Both the position numbers and the translations under genes were made by a program. Shown here one piece after another: positions 18,064 to 27,780 of a DNA stretch of 42,183 bases; within the stretch, counting starts at the first letter, position 1; each line of letters opens with the position of its first letter. This stretch comes from Chloroflexota bacterium. GTDB taxonomy: Bacteria > Chloroflexota > Limnocylindria > P2-11E. Below the pieces are notes generated by a model that saw nothing but the letters and a program-made list of their open reading frames with translations, did not search any database and was not told the origin of the DNA. The DNA lies in contig JACPEQ010000042.1 of NCBI GenBank assembly GCA_016183435.1, positions 1-42,183 of the forward strand. Direction: 5' to 3'.

Positions 18064-20582
18064 CGATCCGGCCCCTTCGGCGGGGGTGTCGCCGTGGGGG
18101 CGGGCGTTGGGGAGGCCGTGAGGCCGGGTGGCAGCGTCACCCCGGGCGGCAGCGGGAAGGGCACGAACGTGAAGGTCGGCCGCGGCGAGGCGCTCGTTCG
18201 CGGGCCGCTCGGCGACGGCGACGGCGTCGGCGACGCGCTCGGGCTCGGACACGGCGCTTCGGTGACCAGCGACCAGGTGTACCGGTTGTACGAGTGCGCC
18301 CCCTTCTGCGCGTCCGCGATCCACCGCTGCGTGTACGGCGCCCAGGTCCCCGGTCCGATCTCGCGGATACGCATGCCGACCGTCGCGCTGCCGTCCGGCT
18401 TCGGGCAGCCCTGCACGTACCAGTTGTCCGTCGTGCGCGGCTCGGTGCCTTTGAGGAAGAGCTCGGGCGAGGCGAAGGGGGAGAGCTTGGAGGGCAGCAT
18501 GCCCGACCCGTATCCGCCGTACGCGCCCGGGGCGGCCACGACGTTCGCGCTCACCACGTTGGCGGGACGCTCCCAGTCCTTCACCTCGACGCCGGCGAGC
18601 ACTTCCTTCATGTACTCGCGCCACAGCTGGCCGGGACCCATCGCGCTGAAGAAGTCCCGGCTGCTCATCTTGTCGCCGTTGCTGTTGCCCATCCAGACGC
18701 CGGTGACGAGCTGCGGGACGTAGCCGACCGAATACACGTCCTTCAGGTCGTCGGTCGTCCCCGTCTTCAGCGCGGCGGGCCGCCCGATGTTCGTCCACTG
18801 CCCGAAGACGTAGCTGCGGTCGGGCCGGGTCGTCTCCTTGAGGATGTCGTTCATGATGTAGGCGAGGCCCGGGTCGAGCACGCGCTTCTGCTCGTAGTCC
18901 TTGTGCTCCCACACGACCTTCCCGTGCGGATCCTCGACCTTCAGGATGTAGGTCGGCGAGACGCGGAGACCCATGTTCGCGAGCACACCGAACGCGCTCG
19001 TCATGTCCGCGAGCTTCACCTCGCGCGCGCCGAGCGTGAGCGAGAGGCCGACGCGTGCCGGATCGATCGGCGTCGTGATCCCCATCTCTTTGGCCGTCTG
19101 GATCGTGTCCTCGATCCCGGAGTACTGGTGCAGGAACTTCACGGCGGGCACGTTGCGCGACTCACGGATCGCCTGTCGCATCGTCAGCGGGCCGTGGTAC
19201 TGGAGGTCGGCGTTCTCCGGGCAGTAGCCGCATTCGGTCTTCGGGTCGAACCTCGGCGCGGAGAACTTCGCGGGATCCGCCTTGCCGGTGAAGTCCGTGC
19301 GCACGTCGACGACGACCGTCGCCGCCGTGGCGCCCTTCTTGAGCGCCGTCAGGTAGTTGAAGACCTTGAAGGCGGATCCCGGCTGGCGCAGGGCGATGCC
19401 GGCGACGTCGTACTGGCCCTGGACCTTCAGGTCCTCCCTGTTGTAGTAGTCGACGGACCCGACGTACGAGAGCACCTCGCCCGTCTTGGGATCGATGGAG
19501 ACGAGGCCGGCGTTCCACACGTTCCGCTCGTGCAGGGTCTCGACCCAGAGCTTCACCTGCTTCTCGGCGGCGGCCTGCTTCTGCATGTCGAGCGTGGTCG
19601 TGACCCTGAAGCCGCCGCGCGTGACGGCGCTCTCGTCGCCGCCGAGGATGCGGGTGAGCTGGTCGCGCACCTGGAAAACGAAGTGCGGCGCGGCGATGGT
19701 CGTGATCTGCTTCCCGGCGACCTTGATCGGCTCCTTGTCGGCGGCCTCGCCCGCCGCGGTCGTGATCGCGCTGATGTCCTCCATCTGCCGCAGGACGTAG
19801 GACCGCCGCTCCTCCGCGCGCTCGACGTTCTCGGGCTGTGCGGGATCGAGCACCGACGGTGCCTGCGGCAGCCCGGCCAGGAGCGCGGCCTCCGCGAGGG
19901 TCAGCTGCGAGAGCTCCTTGCCAAAGTACGTCTGCGCCGCGGCCTTCACGCCGTAGGCCTGGTTCCCGTAGTAGATCTGGTTGAAGTAGAGCTCGAGGAT
20001 CTCGCGCTTCGAGTAGGTCTGCGTGACCTGGACGGCGAGGATCTGCTCGCGGATCTTGCGGTTGAAGGTGACCTCGCCGCCCACGATGCGCTGCTTCACG
20101 AGCTGCTGGGTGATGGTCGAAGCGCCGCCCTGCCCCGTCGAGCGCCCAAGCGCGTACGAGTACGCCGCGCGGGCGATGCCGAGCACGTCGACGCCGGGGT
20201 TCGTCCAGAACGTCTTGTCCTCGGCGGCGACGGTCGCGTCGATGAGCACCTGCGGGACGTCGTCGAGCTTCACGGCCTCCCGGCGCTCGACCTCGAACTG
20301 GTACAGCAGCTCGGTGCCGGACCGGTCGTAGACCTTCGTCGAGAGCGCGAGCGGGTCCTTTGCGAGGTCCTGCGGCGAGGGCAGGTCCCGCGTGACGTCG
20401 GCCAGCCACATCGCGCCCGCCACGACGGGCACGGCGGCGAGCGCCAGGAGGAGCGCGACCACCAATGGCGGGAGGACCACGAGGCCGCGGCGGACCGGGC
20501 CGGCCTGGCCCTTGCGCCGCAGCGTCCGGTACGGTCCGCGCCGCAGCGCGTGATCGCGAGACCTGTCCCTTCCGATGCTCAT
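18060..20582 (-). CDS. class A penicillin-binding protein (transglycosylase/transpeptidase), start uncertain
   Basis: EDKTF, GGASTITQQLVK, RKIRE; SxxK (GSAFK), SxN (SRN), KTGT; N-terminal TM and Pro/Ser/Thr tail. Confidence 0.95.
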   Translation of the reverse strand: MSIGRDRSRDHALRRGPYRTLRRKGQAGPVRRGLVVLPPLVVALLLALAAVPVVAGAMWLADVTRDLPSPQDLAKDPLALSTKVYDRSGTELLYQFEVERREAVKLDDVPQVLIDATVAAEDKTFWTNPGVDVLGIARAAYSYALGRSTGQGGASTITQQLVKQRIVGGEVTFNRKIREQILAVQVTQTYSKREILELYFNQIYYGNQAYGVKAAAQTYFGKELSQLTLAEAALLAGLPQAPSVLDPAQPENVERAEERRSYVLRQMEDISAITTAAGEAADKEPIKVAGKQITTIAAPHFVFQVRDQLTRILGGDESAVTRGGFRVTTTLDMQKQAAAEKQVKLWVETLHERNVWNAGLVSIDPKTGEVLSYVGSVDYYNREDLKVQGQYDVAGIALRQPGSAFKVFNYLTALKKGATAATVVVDVRTDFTGKADPAKFSAPRFDPKTECGYCPENADLQYHGPLTMRQAIRESRNVPAVKFLHQYSGIEDTIQTAKEMGITTPIDPARVGLSLTLGAREVKLADMTSAFGVLANMGLRVSPTYILKVEDPHGKVVWEHKDYEQKRVLDPGLAYIMNDILKETTRPDRSYVFGQWTNIGRPAALKTGTTDDLKDVYSVGYVPQLVTGVWMGNSNGDKMSSRDFFSAMGPGQLWREYMKEVLAGVEVKDWERPANVVSANVVAAPGAYGGYGSGMLPSKLSPFASPELFLKGTEPRTTDNWYVQGCPKPDGSATVGMRIREIGPGTWAPYTQRWIADAQKGAHSYNRYTWSLVTEAPCPSPSASPTPSPSPSGPRTSASPRPTFTFVPFPLPPGVTLPPGLTASPTPAPTATPPPKGPDR

Positions 20583-20589
20583 AGTCTAT
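20581..20589. promoter_or_regulatory. putative bidirectional -10 element between PBP and tyrS
   Basis: ATAGTCTAT reads TAGTCT on + (20582-20587) and TAGACT on - (20583-20588). Confidence 0.55.
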
Positions 20590-20595
20590 TCGTCC

Positions 20596-21834
20596 ATGCC
20601 TTCAACACTCCCGGTGGGACCCGTCCTCCGGCCTAACGAAGAGCAGCTCCAGGAGTTCCTCACGCGTGCCGTTTCCCAGGTGGTCGTGCGCGAAGAGCTC
20701 GAGCGCTGCCTGCGGACAGGCGAGCGACAGCTTCGTGTCAAGCAGGGATTCGATCCGACGACGAAGAACCTCCACATCGGCCACGCTGTGGGCCTCCGCA
20801 AGCTGAAGAAGCTCGCACAGTGGGGACACGAGATCGTCCTGATCGTCGGCGACTGGACCACGCAGATCGGGGATCCGACCGACCGGGACATCACGCGGCC
20901 GACCAAGTCTCGCGACGAGGTGATGGAGAACGCGAGGACGTACCTCGACCAGTTCCATCTGATCGTGCCGCGTGAGGGGACGCGCACCGTTCTCCAGGAC
21001 GAGTGGTTCGGCACGTTCGGATTGCGCGACGTGATCGACCTGACCGCGCGGTTCACCGTGCAGCAGATGCTCGCTCGGGAGGAGTTCCGCAAGCGACAGG
21101 CGGCCGGGACCCCGATCCCGATCAAGGATCTCCTCTACCCGCTGCTCCAGGCATACGACTCTGTCGCCATCGAGGCGGACGTCGAGCTCGGAGGTACGGA
21201 TCAGCTGTTCAACATCCTCGCGGGGCGAGAGCTGCAGGAGATGCTCGGCCAGCGCCCGCAGTGGGTGTTCATCGTGGAGCTGCTCGAAGGCCTCGACGGC
21301 GAGAAGATGAGCAAGTCCAAGCCGGCGACCGGCGTCTGGATCGCCGATCCGCCGAACGAGATGTTCGGCAAGACGATGTCGATCGCCGATGCGCTCATGC
21401 CGCACTGGTTCGAGTGGGGGACAGAGATGCCGATGGCCGAGGTACGCGCGACGCTCGATGCGCTCGGCCGCAAGGAGGTCCATCCGCGCGAGGCGAAGGA
21501 ACGTCTGGCCCGTCGGATCGTCACGGAGTTCCACTCGGCCGCGGCGGCGGAAGACGCGGCACGCGCCTTCGCGCGGCAGTTCCGCGAGCGTCAGGCGCCG
21601 GATGAGATCCCGATCAAGGCCGTCTCGCGCGACGGCGAGAACAGCATTCCCATCGTCGACCTGCTCGTGCGTGCAGAGCTGCAGCCGAGCCGCGGCGCGG
21701 CGAAGCGTCTCGTCGAGCAGCGCGGCGTCCGCGTCGATGAGGTACCCGCTGACCTGACGACGACGGTGCCCACGACCGGAGAGCCGGTCGTCCGGTATGG
21801 CCCCCGCAGCTTCGCCCGCATCCGCTGGACCTAG
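20596..21834 (+). CDS. tyrS: tyrosine--tRNA ligase
   Basis: GFDPT..LHIGH, YPLLQAYD, GGTDQLFN, KMSKS, C-terminal S4 domain; ATG 20596 is probably leaderless. Confidence 0.97.
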   Translation: MPSTLPVGPVLRPNEEQLQEFLTRAVSQVVVREELERCLRTGERQLRVKQGFDPTTKNLHIGHAVGLRKLKKLAQWGHEIVLIVGDWTTQIGDPTDRDITRPTKSRDEVMENARTYLDQFHLIVPREGTRTVLQDEWFGTFGLRDVIDLTARFTVQQMLAREEFRKRQAAGTPIPIKDLLYPLLQAYDSVAIEADVELGGTDQLFNILAGRELQEMLGQRPQWVFIVELLEGLDGEKMSKSKPATGVWIADPPNEMFGKTMSIADALMPHWFEWGTEMPMAEVRATLDALGRKEVHPREAKERLARRIVTEFHSAAAAEDAARAFARQFRERQAPDEIPIKAVSRDGENSIPIVDLLVRAELQPSRGAAKRLVEQRGVRVDEVPADLTTTVPTTGEPVVRYGPRSFARIRWT

Positions 21835-21838
21835 ACGG

Positions 21839-23149
21839 ATGGAAGGGGGCTCGCCCCCCGCGAAGAGCACCATCGTCGCCGTGGTGCCCTTCGGCGCCGT
21901 CGTCGAGGGCGGGGCCGACGAGGACACGGAGCGTCCCGGCCGCTGGGCGCGTCAGATCGCGCGGCGGCTGGTGGATCGGTTCGCCGGCGAAGAGACGCTC
22001 GAGGTCCGGCCCGTGATCCTCGTGGCGATGCCCGAGACCTCCTCGCAGGCGGGGTACCTCGTCTTCGGGTCGACGCCTGACGCGTCGCTCGCCGCGCGGT
22101 ACGCGCGCTCGCTCGGCGCCACCCATGCGTTGACCGGGACGTATCGCGAGAGCCCGACCGCGGGGAAGCTCGAGGCCGCGCTCGTTGACGCTGGCGGGCA
22201 CGTGGTCGCGACGTTCGCGCGCGACATCGCGGAGGGCGGGCTGCACCTGGTCGAGCCGGCGCTCGCGACGTGGCTGGCGTCGGCGCTCGGCGTGACGGCG
22301 GAGCATGACCTGGCCGCTCCCGTCACCGTCAACTCACAGGCCTACGAGACGCTGCTGGTCGGCATGGACGCCGAGGTCGACGCGACCCTGCTGCGCGAGA
22401 GCGATCCCAAGGGTGCCAGCGCGGCGATCGCGCGAGCGGCGGCCGCATACACGCTGGCAGCGCACGCCGACCCGGCGGCCGCCGTCGTCGAGGAGCGCAT
22501 CCTGCTGATGGCCGCCTCGGCGATCGAGAACGATCAGCAGGCGCTCGTGCTCGAGCCGCTCGAGACGCTGGCCGAGACGCGGCCGGCGTCGTGGCGCCTG
22601 CAATACATGCTCGGCGAGGTCCGCCGCACGAGCGGGGACCTGAACGGCGCGATCGTGGCCTTCGAGCATGCGGACGCGCTCCAGCCGCTGCGTCCCGGGG
22701 ACTCCCTCACGCTCGCTCAGCTCCAGATCGCGGCCGGAGCGCCCGCGGTCGCCGCGGCACGCCTGCGCCGGATCGTCCGCGGGGGCGCCGAGGCGCCGGT
22801 CGCCGCCACGGCCCGACGGCTGCTGCTCGGCGTGCGGCATCCCGAGCTCGAGAAGGACCTCGAGACCGCCGGCAAGATCGCCGTGGACGGCCAGCTCGCG
22901 CGTGCCGCCGAGGCCGAGGCGGCGTTCGACCGCGTGCTCGCTGCCGAGCCCGATCTCTGGGAGGCGCACTTCGGCCGCGGTCTGCTGGCGCGGCAGCGCG
23001 GCGACGCCGACGCCGCGCAGGCGTCGTTCCAGCGCGCGATCGATCTCAACCCCGCGGCGGCGGAGCTCGTCAAAGACCTGGGCACGGTCGGCGAGCGGGC
23101 AGGTCGAGCCCGGGGGCGGAAGGGGGCGAAGCCCCCCGCGAAGAACTAG
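21839..23149 (+). CDS. tetratricopeptide repeat protein
   Basis: TPR-like helices (YMLGEVRR..GDLNGAIVAFEHA..P; AHFGRGLL..GD..AAQASFQRAIDLNP); alpha/beta N-terminal domain. Confidence 0.8.
   Translation: MEGGSPPAKSTIVAVVPFGAVVEGGADEDTERPGRWARQIARRLVDRFAGEETLEVRPVILVAMPETSSQAGYLVFGSTPDASLAARYARSLGATHALTGTYRESPTAGKLEAALVDAGGHVVATFARDIAEGGLHLVEPALATWLASALGVTAEHDLAAPVTVNSQAYETLLVGMDAEVDATLLRESDPKGASAAIARAAAAYTLAAHADPAAAVVEERILLMAASAIENDQQALVLEPLETLAETRPASWRLQYMLGEVRRTSGDLNGAIVAFEHADALQPLRPGDSLTLAQLQIAAGAPAVAAARLRRIVRGGAEAPVAATARRLLLGVRHPELEKDLETAGKIAVDGQLARAAEAEAAFDRVLAAEPDLWEAHFGRGLLARQRGDADAAQASFQRAIDLNPAAAELVKDLGTVGERAGRARGRKGAKPPAKN
23109..23145 (+). repeat. REP-like palindrome (family C) forming the TPR gene 3' end
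   Basis: CCCGGGGGCGGAAGGGGGCGAAGCCCCCCGCGAAGAA; sister copy GGAAGGGGGCTCGCCCCCCGCGAAGA at 21841-21866. Confidence 0.85.
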
Positions 23150-25233
23150 TGCGCCGCGGCGGTCTCCTCGCCCTTGGCCGCTTCGTGCTCCGCGATCACC
23201 TTCTGGGCGATGTGCGACGGGCACTCCTCGTAGCCGAGCACCGTCGACGTGAACGTCCCGCGGCCGCCGGTCATGGAGCGCAGGTCGGTCGCGTAGCGGA
23301 AGGTCTCGGCCATCGGGACGTGCGCCTTGATGCTGCGGATGCCCGCGCCGGCGTCGTCCATGCCGAGCACGCGTCCGCGGCGTGAGTTGAGGTCGGACAG
23401 CACGTCGCCCATGTGGTCCTCGGGGACGAAGACCTCGAGCTCCATGATCGGCTCCAGCAGGAACGGCTGGGCTTCCTTCACGCAGCTCTGGAGCGCCAGG
23501 GAGCCGGCGATCTTGAAGCTCATCTCGCTCGAGTCGACCGAGTGGAAGGAGCCGTCGTAGAGCGTCGCGCGGAAGTCCGAGAGCGGGTAGCCCGCGATGA
23601 CCCCGCGCTCGGCGGCCTCGCGGATGCCCTTCTCGACGGCCGGCCAGAAGTTGCGGGGCACGGAGCCGCCGACGATCCGGGTCGCGAACTCGACGCCGGA
23701 GCCTGGCTGGAGCGGCTCGATCTCGACCCAGGTGTCGCCGAACTGGCCGTGGCCGCCGGTCTGCCGCTTGTAGCGGCCCTGCGCGGACGCCTTCGTGCGG
23801 ATCGACTCGCGGTACGGCACGCGCGGCGTCTTCGTGAGGACGCTCACGCCGAACTTGTCCTTCAGCTTGTGGACCGCCACGTCGATGCTGGACTCGCCGA
23901 TGCCCGAGAGGATCGTCTCGTGCGTCGCGTCATCCCGCCTCACCTGCAGCGTGGGATCCTCCTCGGTGAGGCGGTGCAGGGCCGTGGAGAGCCTGTCGAG
24001 GTCCTGCTTGCTGGACGGCTCGATCGCGACGCTGAACGCCGCCGGCGGGAACGTGACCGGGTCGTACAGGATGGGGGCGTCCTTGTCGGACAGGGTCGAT
24101 CCCGTCCTCGACGCGGTCAGCTTCGGGATGGCGCAGATGTCGCCGGCGCCGGCGCTCTCCGTCACCTCCTGCTCCTTGCCGCGGACGAAGAAGATCTGGC
24201 CGACGCGCTCCTGCTCGCCGGCGGTCGCGTCGAAGACGGGAGCGTTGCCGCGCAGCACTCCCGAGTACACGCGCACGAACGACAGCTTGCCGACGAACGG
24301 GTCGGCGACCGTCTTGAACACGAGCGCCGAGAGCTTCTCGTCGTGCGACGGCTTGCGCGCGAGCTCCTGGCCGGACGTGCTCTTGCCGATGGCCGCCCCG
24401 CCCTCCGCCGGGGAGGGGAGCATGTCGACGACCGTCTCGAGCAAGCCGGCGAACCCCACGCGCTTGCTCGAGCTCGTGGCGATCACCGGGATGACCTGGC
24501 CATCGCGGACGGCGGAGTGCAGCGCGTCGCGGAGCTCCTCGTAGGACATCTCCTTGCCCTCGAGGTAGCGCGTGAGCAGGTCCTCGTTCGTCTCGACGAT
24601 CGCCTCCACGAGCTGGCGCCGGTACTCGCCGACGCGCGCCTTCTCGCTCTCGGGCATCTCGGCGATCGGATCCTTCGGCCCTCTCAGTACCTGGCCGTGG
24701 AGGAGGTCGATCGTCGCTTCCAACCCCTGGTGCGTGCCGATCGGGACGTGCAGCGCGACGACGCGGATCCCGTAGGCGTCACGCAGCTGCGCGAGGACCG
24801 CGTTGAAGTCCGCGTTCTCGCGGTCGAGCCGCGCGACGACCGCGACACGAGGCTTCTTCGTGCGCTCGAGCTCGTTCCACACGAGCTGCGTGCCGACCTG
24901 GATGCCCGCCGAGGCGTCGAGCACGACGAGCGCGCTGTCGGCGACACGAAGGCCGGCCTTCTGGTCGCCGGCGAAGTCGGCGAACCCCGGCGTATCGATG
25001 AAGTTCACCTTCGTGCCGTCGTGCGTGAGCGCGGCGACCTTCACGTTGATGCTGATGTGCCTCTTCTGCTCCTCGGGGTCGGTGTCCAGGATGCTCGTGC
25101 CGTCATCGACCTTCCCCAGCCGGGTAGTGACGCCGGCCACGTGCAGGAGGGTCTCGATGAGCGTCGTCTTGCCGGATCCACCATGGCCGACGACCGCGAC
25201 GTTACGGATCTTCTCGGGAGCGGTGAGGGCCAT
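23146..25233 (-). CDS. elongation factor G-like protein (EF-G2 paralogue)
   Basis: GHGGSGKTT, DTPGFADF, KRQTGGHGQFG, DGSFHSVDSSE; divergent G2 (RHISI) and G4 (ARLD). Confidence 0.93.
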   Translation of the reverse strand: MALTAPEKIRNVAVVGHGGSGKTTLIETLLHVAGVTTRLGKVDDGTSILDTDPEEQKRHISINVKVAALTHDGTKVNFIDTPGFADFAGDQKAGLRVADSALVVLDASAGIQVGTQLVWNELERTKKPRVAVVARLDRENADFNAVLAQLRDAYGIRVVALHVPIGTHQGLEATIDLLHGQVLRGPKDPIAEMPESEKARVGEYRRQLVEAIVETNEDLLTRYLEGKEMSYEELRDALHSAVRDGQVIPVIATSSSKRVGFAGLLETVVDMLPSPAEGGAAIGKSTSGQELARKPSHDEKLSALVFKTVADPFVGKLSFVRVYSGVLRGNAPVFDATAGEQERVGQIFFVRGKEQEVTESAGAGDICAIPKLTASRTGSTLSDKDAPILYDPVTFPPAAFSVAIEPSSKQDLDRLSTALHRLTEEDPTLQVRRDDATHETILSGIGESSIDVAVHKLKDKFGVSVLTKTPRVPYRESIRTKASAQGRYKRQTGGHGQFGDTWVEIEPLQPGSGVEFATRIVGGSVPRNFWPAVEKGIREAAERGVIAGYPLSDFRATLYDGSFHSVDSSEMSFKIAGSLALQSCVKEAQPFLLEPIMELEVFVPEDHMGDVLSDLNSRRGRVLGMDDAGAGIRSIKAHVPMAETFRYATDLRSMTGGRGTFTSTVLGYEECPSHIAQKVIAEHEAAKGEETAAAH

Positions 25234-25312
25234 CGCACACCTTTCTAGCAGAGCAGCAGCGGATCTGAGTCCTCGGCCCGGTAGCTAGTATTCCGCACGT
25301 GAGACTTCCGAA

Positions 25313-26062
25313 ATGAGTGGCCATTCGAAGTGGTCCCAGATCAAGCGCCAAAAGGGCGCGGCGGACGTCAAGCGGGGCAACCTGTTCACCAAGATGGCGC
25401 GCGAGATCATGATCGCGGCCAAGGAAGGCGGCGGCGACCCCGACGCGAACTTCCGGCTCCGGCTGGCGGTCGACCGGGCCCGTGGCGTGAACATGCCGAA
25501 GGACAGCATCCAGCGCGCGATCGACCGCGGCACCGGCGGCGGGGAGGGCGCGCAGCTCGAAAGCATCGTCTACGAGGGCTACGCGCCCGGTGGTGTGTCG
25601 GTGATGGTCGAGGCGGCCACCGACAACAGGAATCGGACCGCCGGCGAGGTCCGATCCACCTTCAGCCGGCACAACGGGAAGCTGGGCGAGGCCGGCTCGG
25701 TGCAGTGGCTCTTCGAGCAGAAGGGCGTCATCGAGATCGACGCGACCGACACGACGGCGGACGACATCGAGCTCGCCGCGATCGATGCCGGCGCCGAGGA
25801 CGTGTGGCGCGACAAGGGCCTGGTCGTCGTGTACACCGCGCCGCGCGACTTCGAGAAGGTGAAGCGCGCGCTCGAGGCCGCGGGCATCAAGCCATCATCC
25901 GCCGAGCTGTCGATGCGCGCGTCGTCCACCGTCCGGGTCGATGCGGACGCGGCCCAGAAGGTGATCAGGCTCGTCGAGGCGCTCGAGGAGCTCGACGACG
26001 TGCAGCAGGTGCACGCGAACTTCGACATCCCAGAGGAAGTCCTCCAGACGGTCACGGCGTGA
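25313..26062 (+). CDS. yebC: YebC/PmpR family protein
   Basis: MSGHSKWSQIK, YEGYAPGG, TDNRNRT, LEELDDVQQVHAN. Confidence 0.97.
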   Translation: MSGHSKWSQIKRQKGAADVKRGNLFTKMAREIMIAAKEGGGDPDANFRLRLAVDRARGVNMPKDSIQRAIDRGTGGGEGAQLESIVYEGYAPGGVSVMVEAATDNRNRTAGEVRSTFSRHNGKLGEAGSVQWLFEQKGVIEIDATDTTADDIELAAIDAGAEDVWRDKGLVVVYTAPRDFEKVKRALEAAGIKPSSAELSMRASSTVRVDADAAQKVIRLVEALEELDDVQQVHANFDIPEEVLQTVTA

Positions 26063-26574
26063 CCGCGGGGGTCATCCTCGGGATCGACCCCGGCACGACG
26101 GGGATGGGCTACGCGATCCTCGACGCCCGCCGCGAGCCGCCCCAGGTCGCCGTCTGCGACCTCATCGTCACGCCGCAGCGCGGTTCGGCGGCCGAGCGCC
26201 TCGTGTCGATCGCGGAGGCCATCGACCGCGTCATCCGGGCACACGACCCCGCGACGCTCGCGCTCGAGCGCCTGTACTTCAACAAGAACGCGCGGACGGC
26301 GATGGTCGTGGCCGAGGCGCGCGGCATCGCGCTGCTCTGCGGTGCGCGCGCGGGCCTCGAGATCGTCGAGTACGCCCCGTCGGAGGTGAAGCTCGCGGTC
26401 ACCGGGAACGGCTCGGCCGACAAGAAGCAGGTGATGCGCATGCTTTCGATGGTGCTGCGCCTCGAGCGCCCGCTCTCGCAGGACAACGTCGCCGACGCGG
26501 TCGCGATCGCGCTGACGCACGCGCAGCGCTCGCGCTTCGCGAGCGCGGTCGCCGAAGCGGAGGGACGCACCTGA
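26059..26574 (+). CDS. ruvC: crossover junction endodeoxyribonuclease RuvC
   Basis: ILGIDPG, ERLYFNKN, VKLAVTGNGSADK, DNVADAVAIA; GTGA overlap with yebC. Confidence 0.96.
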   Translation: MTAGVILGIDPGTTGMGYAILDARREPPQVAVCDLIVTPQRGSAAERLVSIAEAIDRVIRAHDPATLALERLYFNKNARTAMVVAEARGIALLCGARAGLEIVEYAPSEVKLAVTGNGSADKKQVMRMLSMVLRLERPLSQDNVADAVAIALTHAQRSRFASAVAEAEGRT

Positions 26575-27134
26575 TCGCGACCGTCCGCGGCCGCATCGTC
26601 GGCCGCGGCACCGATCACCTCGTCGTGGAGACGGCGGGCGTCGGGTACAAGGTCTTCGTCCCGCGCCAGCCGGAGAGCGACGACGTCGTGCTGTTCACGC
26701 ACCACGTCGTCCGCGAGGACGGCCAGTTCCTCTTCGGCTTCGGGACGCGCGAGGAGCTCGCGCTGTTCGAGATGCTGATCTCGGTGAACGGCGTCGGCCC
26801 GAAGGCCGCGCTCGCGATCCTCTCGGTGTCGCGGGCGGTGGACGTCGCCGCGGCGATCGCCGCGGGTGACGCCGCCGCGCTCGCGCGCGCGCCCGGGGTG
26901 GGGAAGAAGACGGCCGAGCGCCTCATCGTCGATCTGCGCGGGAAGGTCGCGAAGGTGAGCGACAGCGGCCTGCCCACCGCGGCGCCGGTCGAGGACGAGG
27001 CGGCCGCTGCGCTCCAGGCGCTCGGCTACACCCCCGCGGAGGCCGCCGCCGCGCTGCGCGGCGTCCCATCCGCGGGCATGGCGAGCACGGAGGAACGGGT
27101 CACGTTCGCGCTGCGGAAGGCCGTCAGGGTCTAG
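26571..27134 (+). CDS. ruvA: Holliday junction branch migration protein RuvA, probable CTG start
   Basis: (M)IATVRG, GVGY, VRED, LISVNGVGPKAA, PGVGKKTAERL, ALQALGY; GGAGGG SD 6 nt before CTG. Confidence 0.95.
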   Translation: MIATVRGRIVGRGTDHLVVETAGVGYKVFVPRQPESDDVVLFTHHVVREDGQFLFGFGTREELALFEMLISVNGVGPKAALAILSVSRAVDVAAAIAAGDAAALARAPGVGKKTAERLIVDLRGKVAKVSDSGLPTAAPVEDEAAAALQALGYTPAEAAAALRGVPSAGMASTEERVTFALRKAVRV

Positions 27135-27167
27135 TCGCCGGCTTGGTCTTGGCGCTGCCTCGATCTC

Positions 27168-27560
27168 CTACCAGATCGTCACGGGGCGCGGCGCGCGATG
27201 GGCCCGGAGGCGTTCGTCCCTCGTCACCAGAAGGCGGCCGGTCTCCAGGGCCGTCGCGTAGATCAATCGGTCGGCAGGATCACCGGGGAACGCGGCAGGC
27301 AGCGCCGCGGCGCTCAGAGCGATCGCGGGAGTGACTGGGACCGTGCGGACCTGCGCCGCGAGTTGAGCCAGCCACGAGGCGATGGGGACGGCCACCGAGA
27401 TGCGCTCGTGGGTCGCGAGCCACGCCAGCTCCCACCAGGTGATGTCCGAGACGAGCAGCTCATCGGCGCCCGTGATGGCCTCGGTCGCGGCCGGGCTGAC
27501 GCGCCGGGAGTCGACCGACCACCAGTGGAGGACGTGGCTATCGAGGACGACGGCGCTCAA
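27168..27560 (-). CDS. vapC: PIN-domain (VapC family) toxin
   Basis: VLDSHVLHWW, SDITWWEL, DPADRLIYATA, LVTRD. Confidence 0.92.
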   Translation of the reverse strand: MSAVVLDSHVLHWWSVDSRRVSPAATEAITGADELLVSDITWWELAWLATHERISVAVPIASWLAQLAAQVRTVPVTPAIALSAAALPAAFPGDPADRLIYATALETGRLLVTRDERLRAHRAPRPVTIW

Positions 27561-27780
27561 CGTTCCACTTCACTCCGGTGCTGTAGAGATCCTCCTCCTT
27601 CGCGGCGGTCATGGCGATGCCCTTGAGCGAGTCCCTGAGGGCGTGCGACCCCGTCGCCGGCACGAGACGCGCGACGATGCGCCCGTGCTTCGTGATCTCG
27701 ACCTCCTGGCCGGCCGATACGTCGTCGAGCAGCGACAGGATCTTCGCCTTCGCTTCCGTGGCGGTCACCTTAATGGTCAT
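27538..27780 (-). CDS. Phd/YefM family antitoxin
   Basis: VTATEAKAKILSLLDDV..GQEVEITKHGRIVARLVP; TATACT -10 lies 6 nt before the ATG; TGACC repeats around the start. Confidence 0.92.
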   Translation of the reverse strand: MTIKVTATEAKAKILSLLDDVSAGQEVEITKHGRIVARLVPATGSHALRDSLKGIAMTAAKEEDLYSTGVKWNVERRRPR

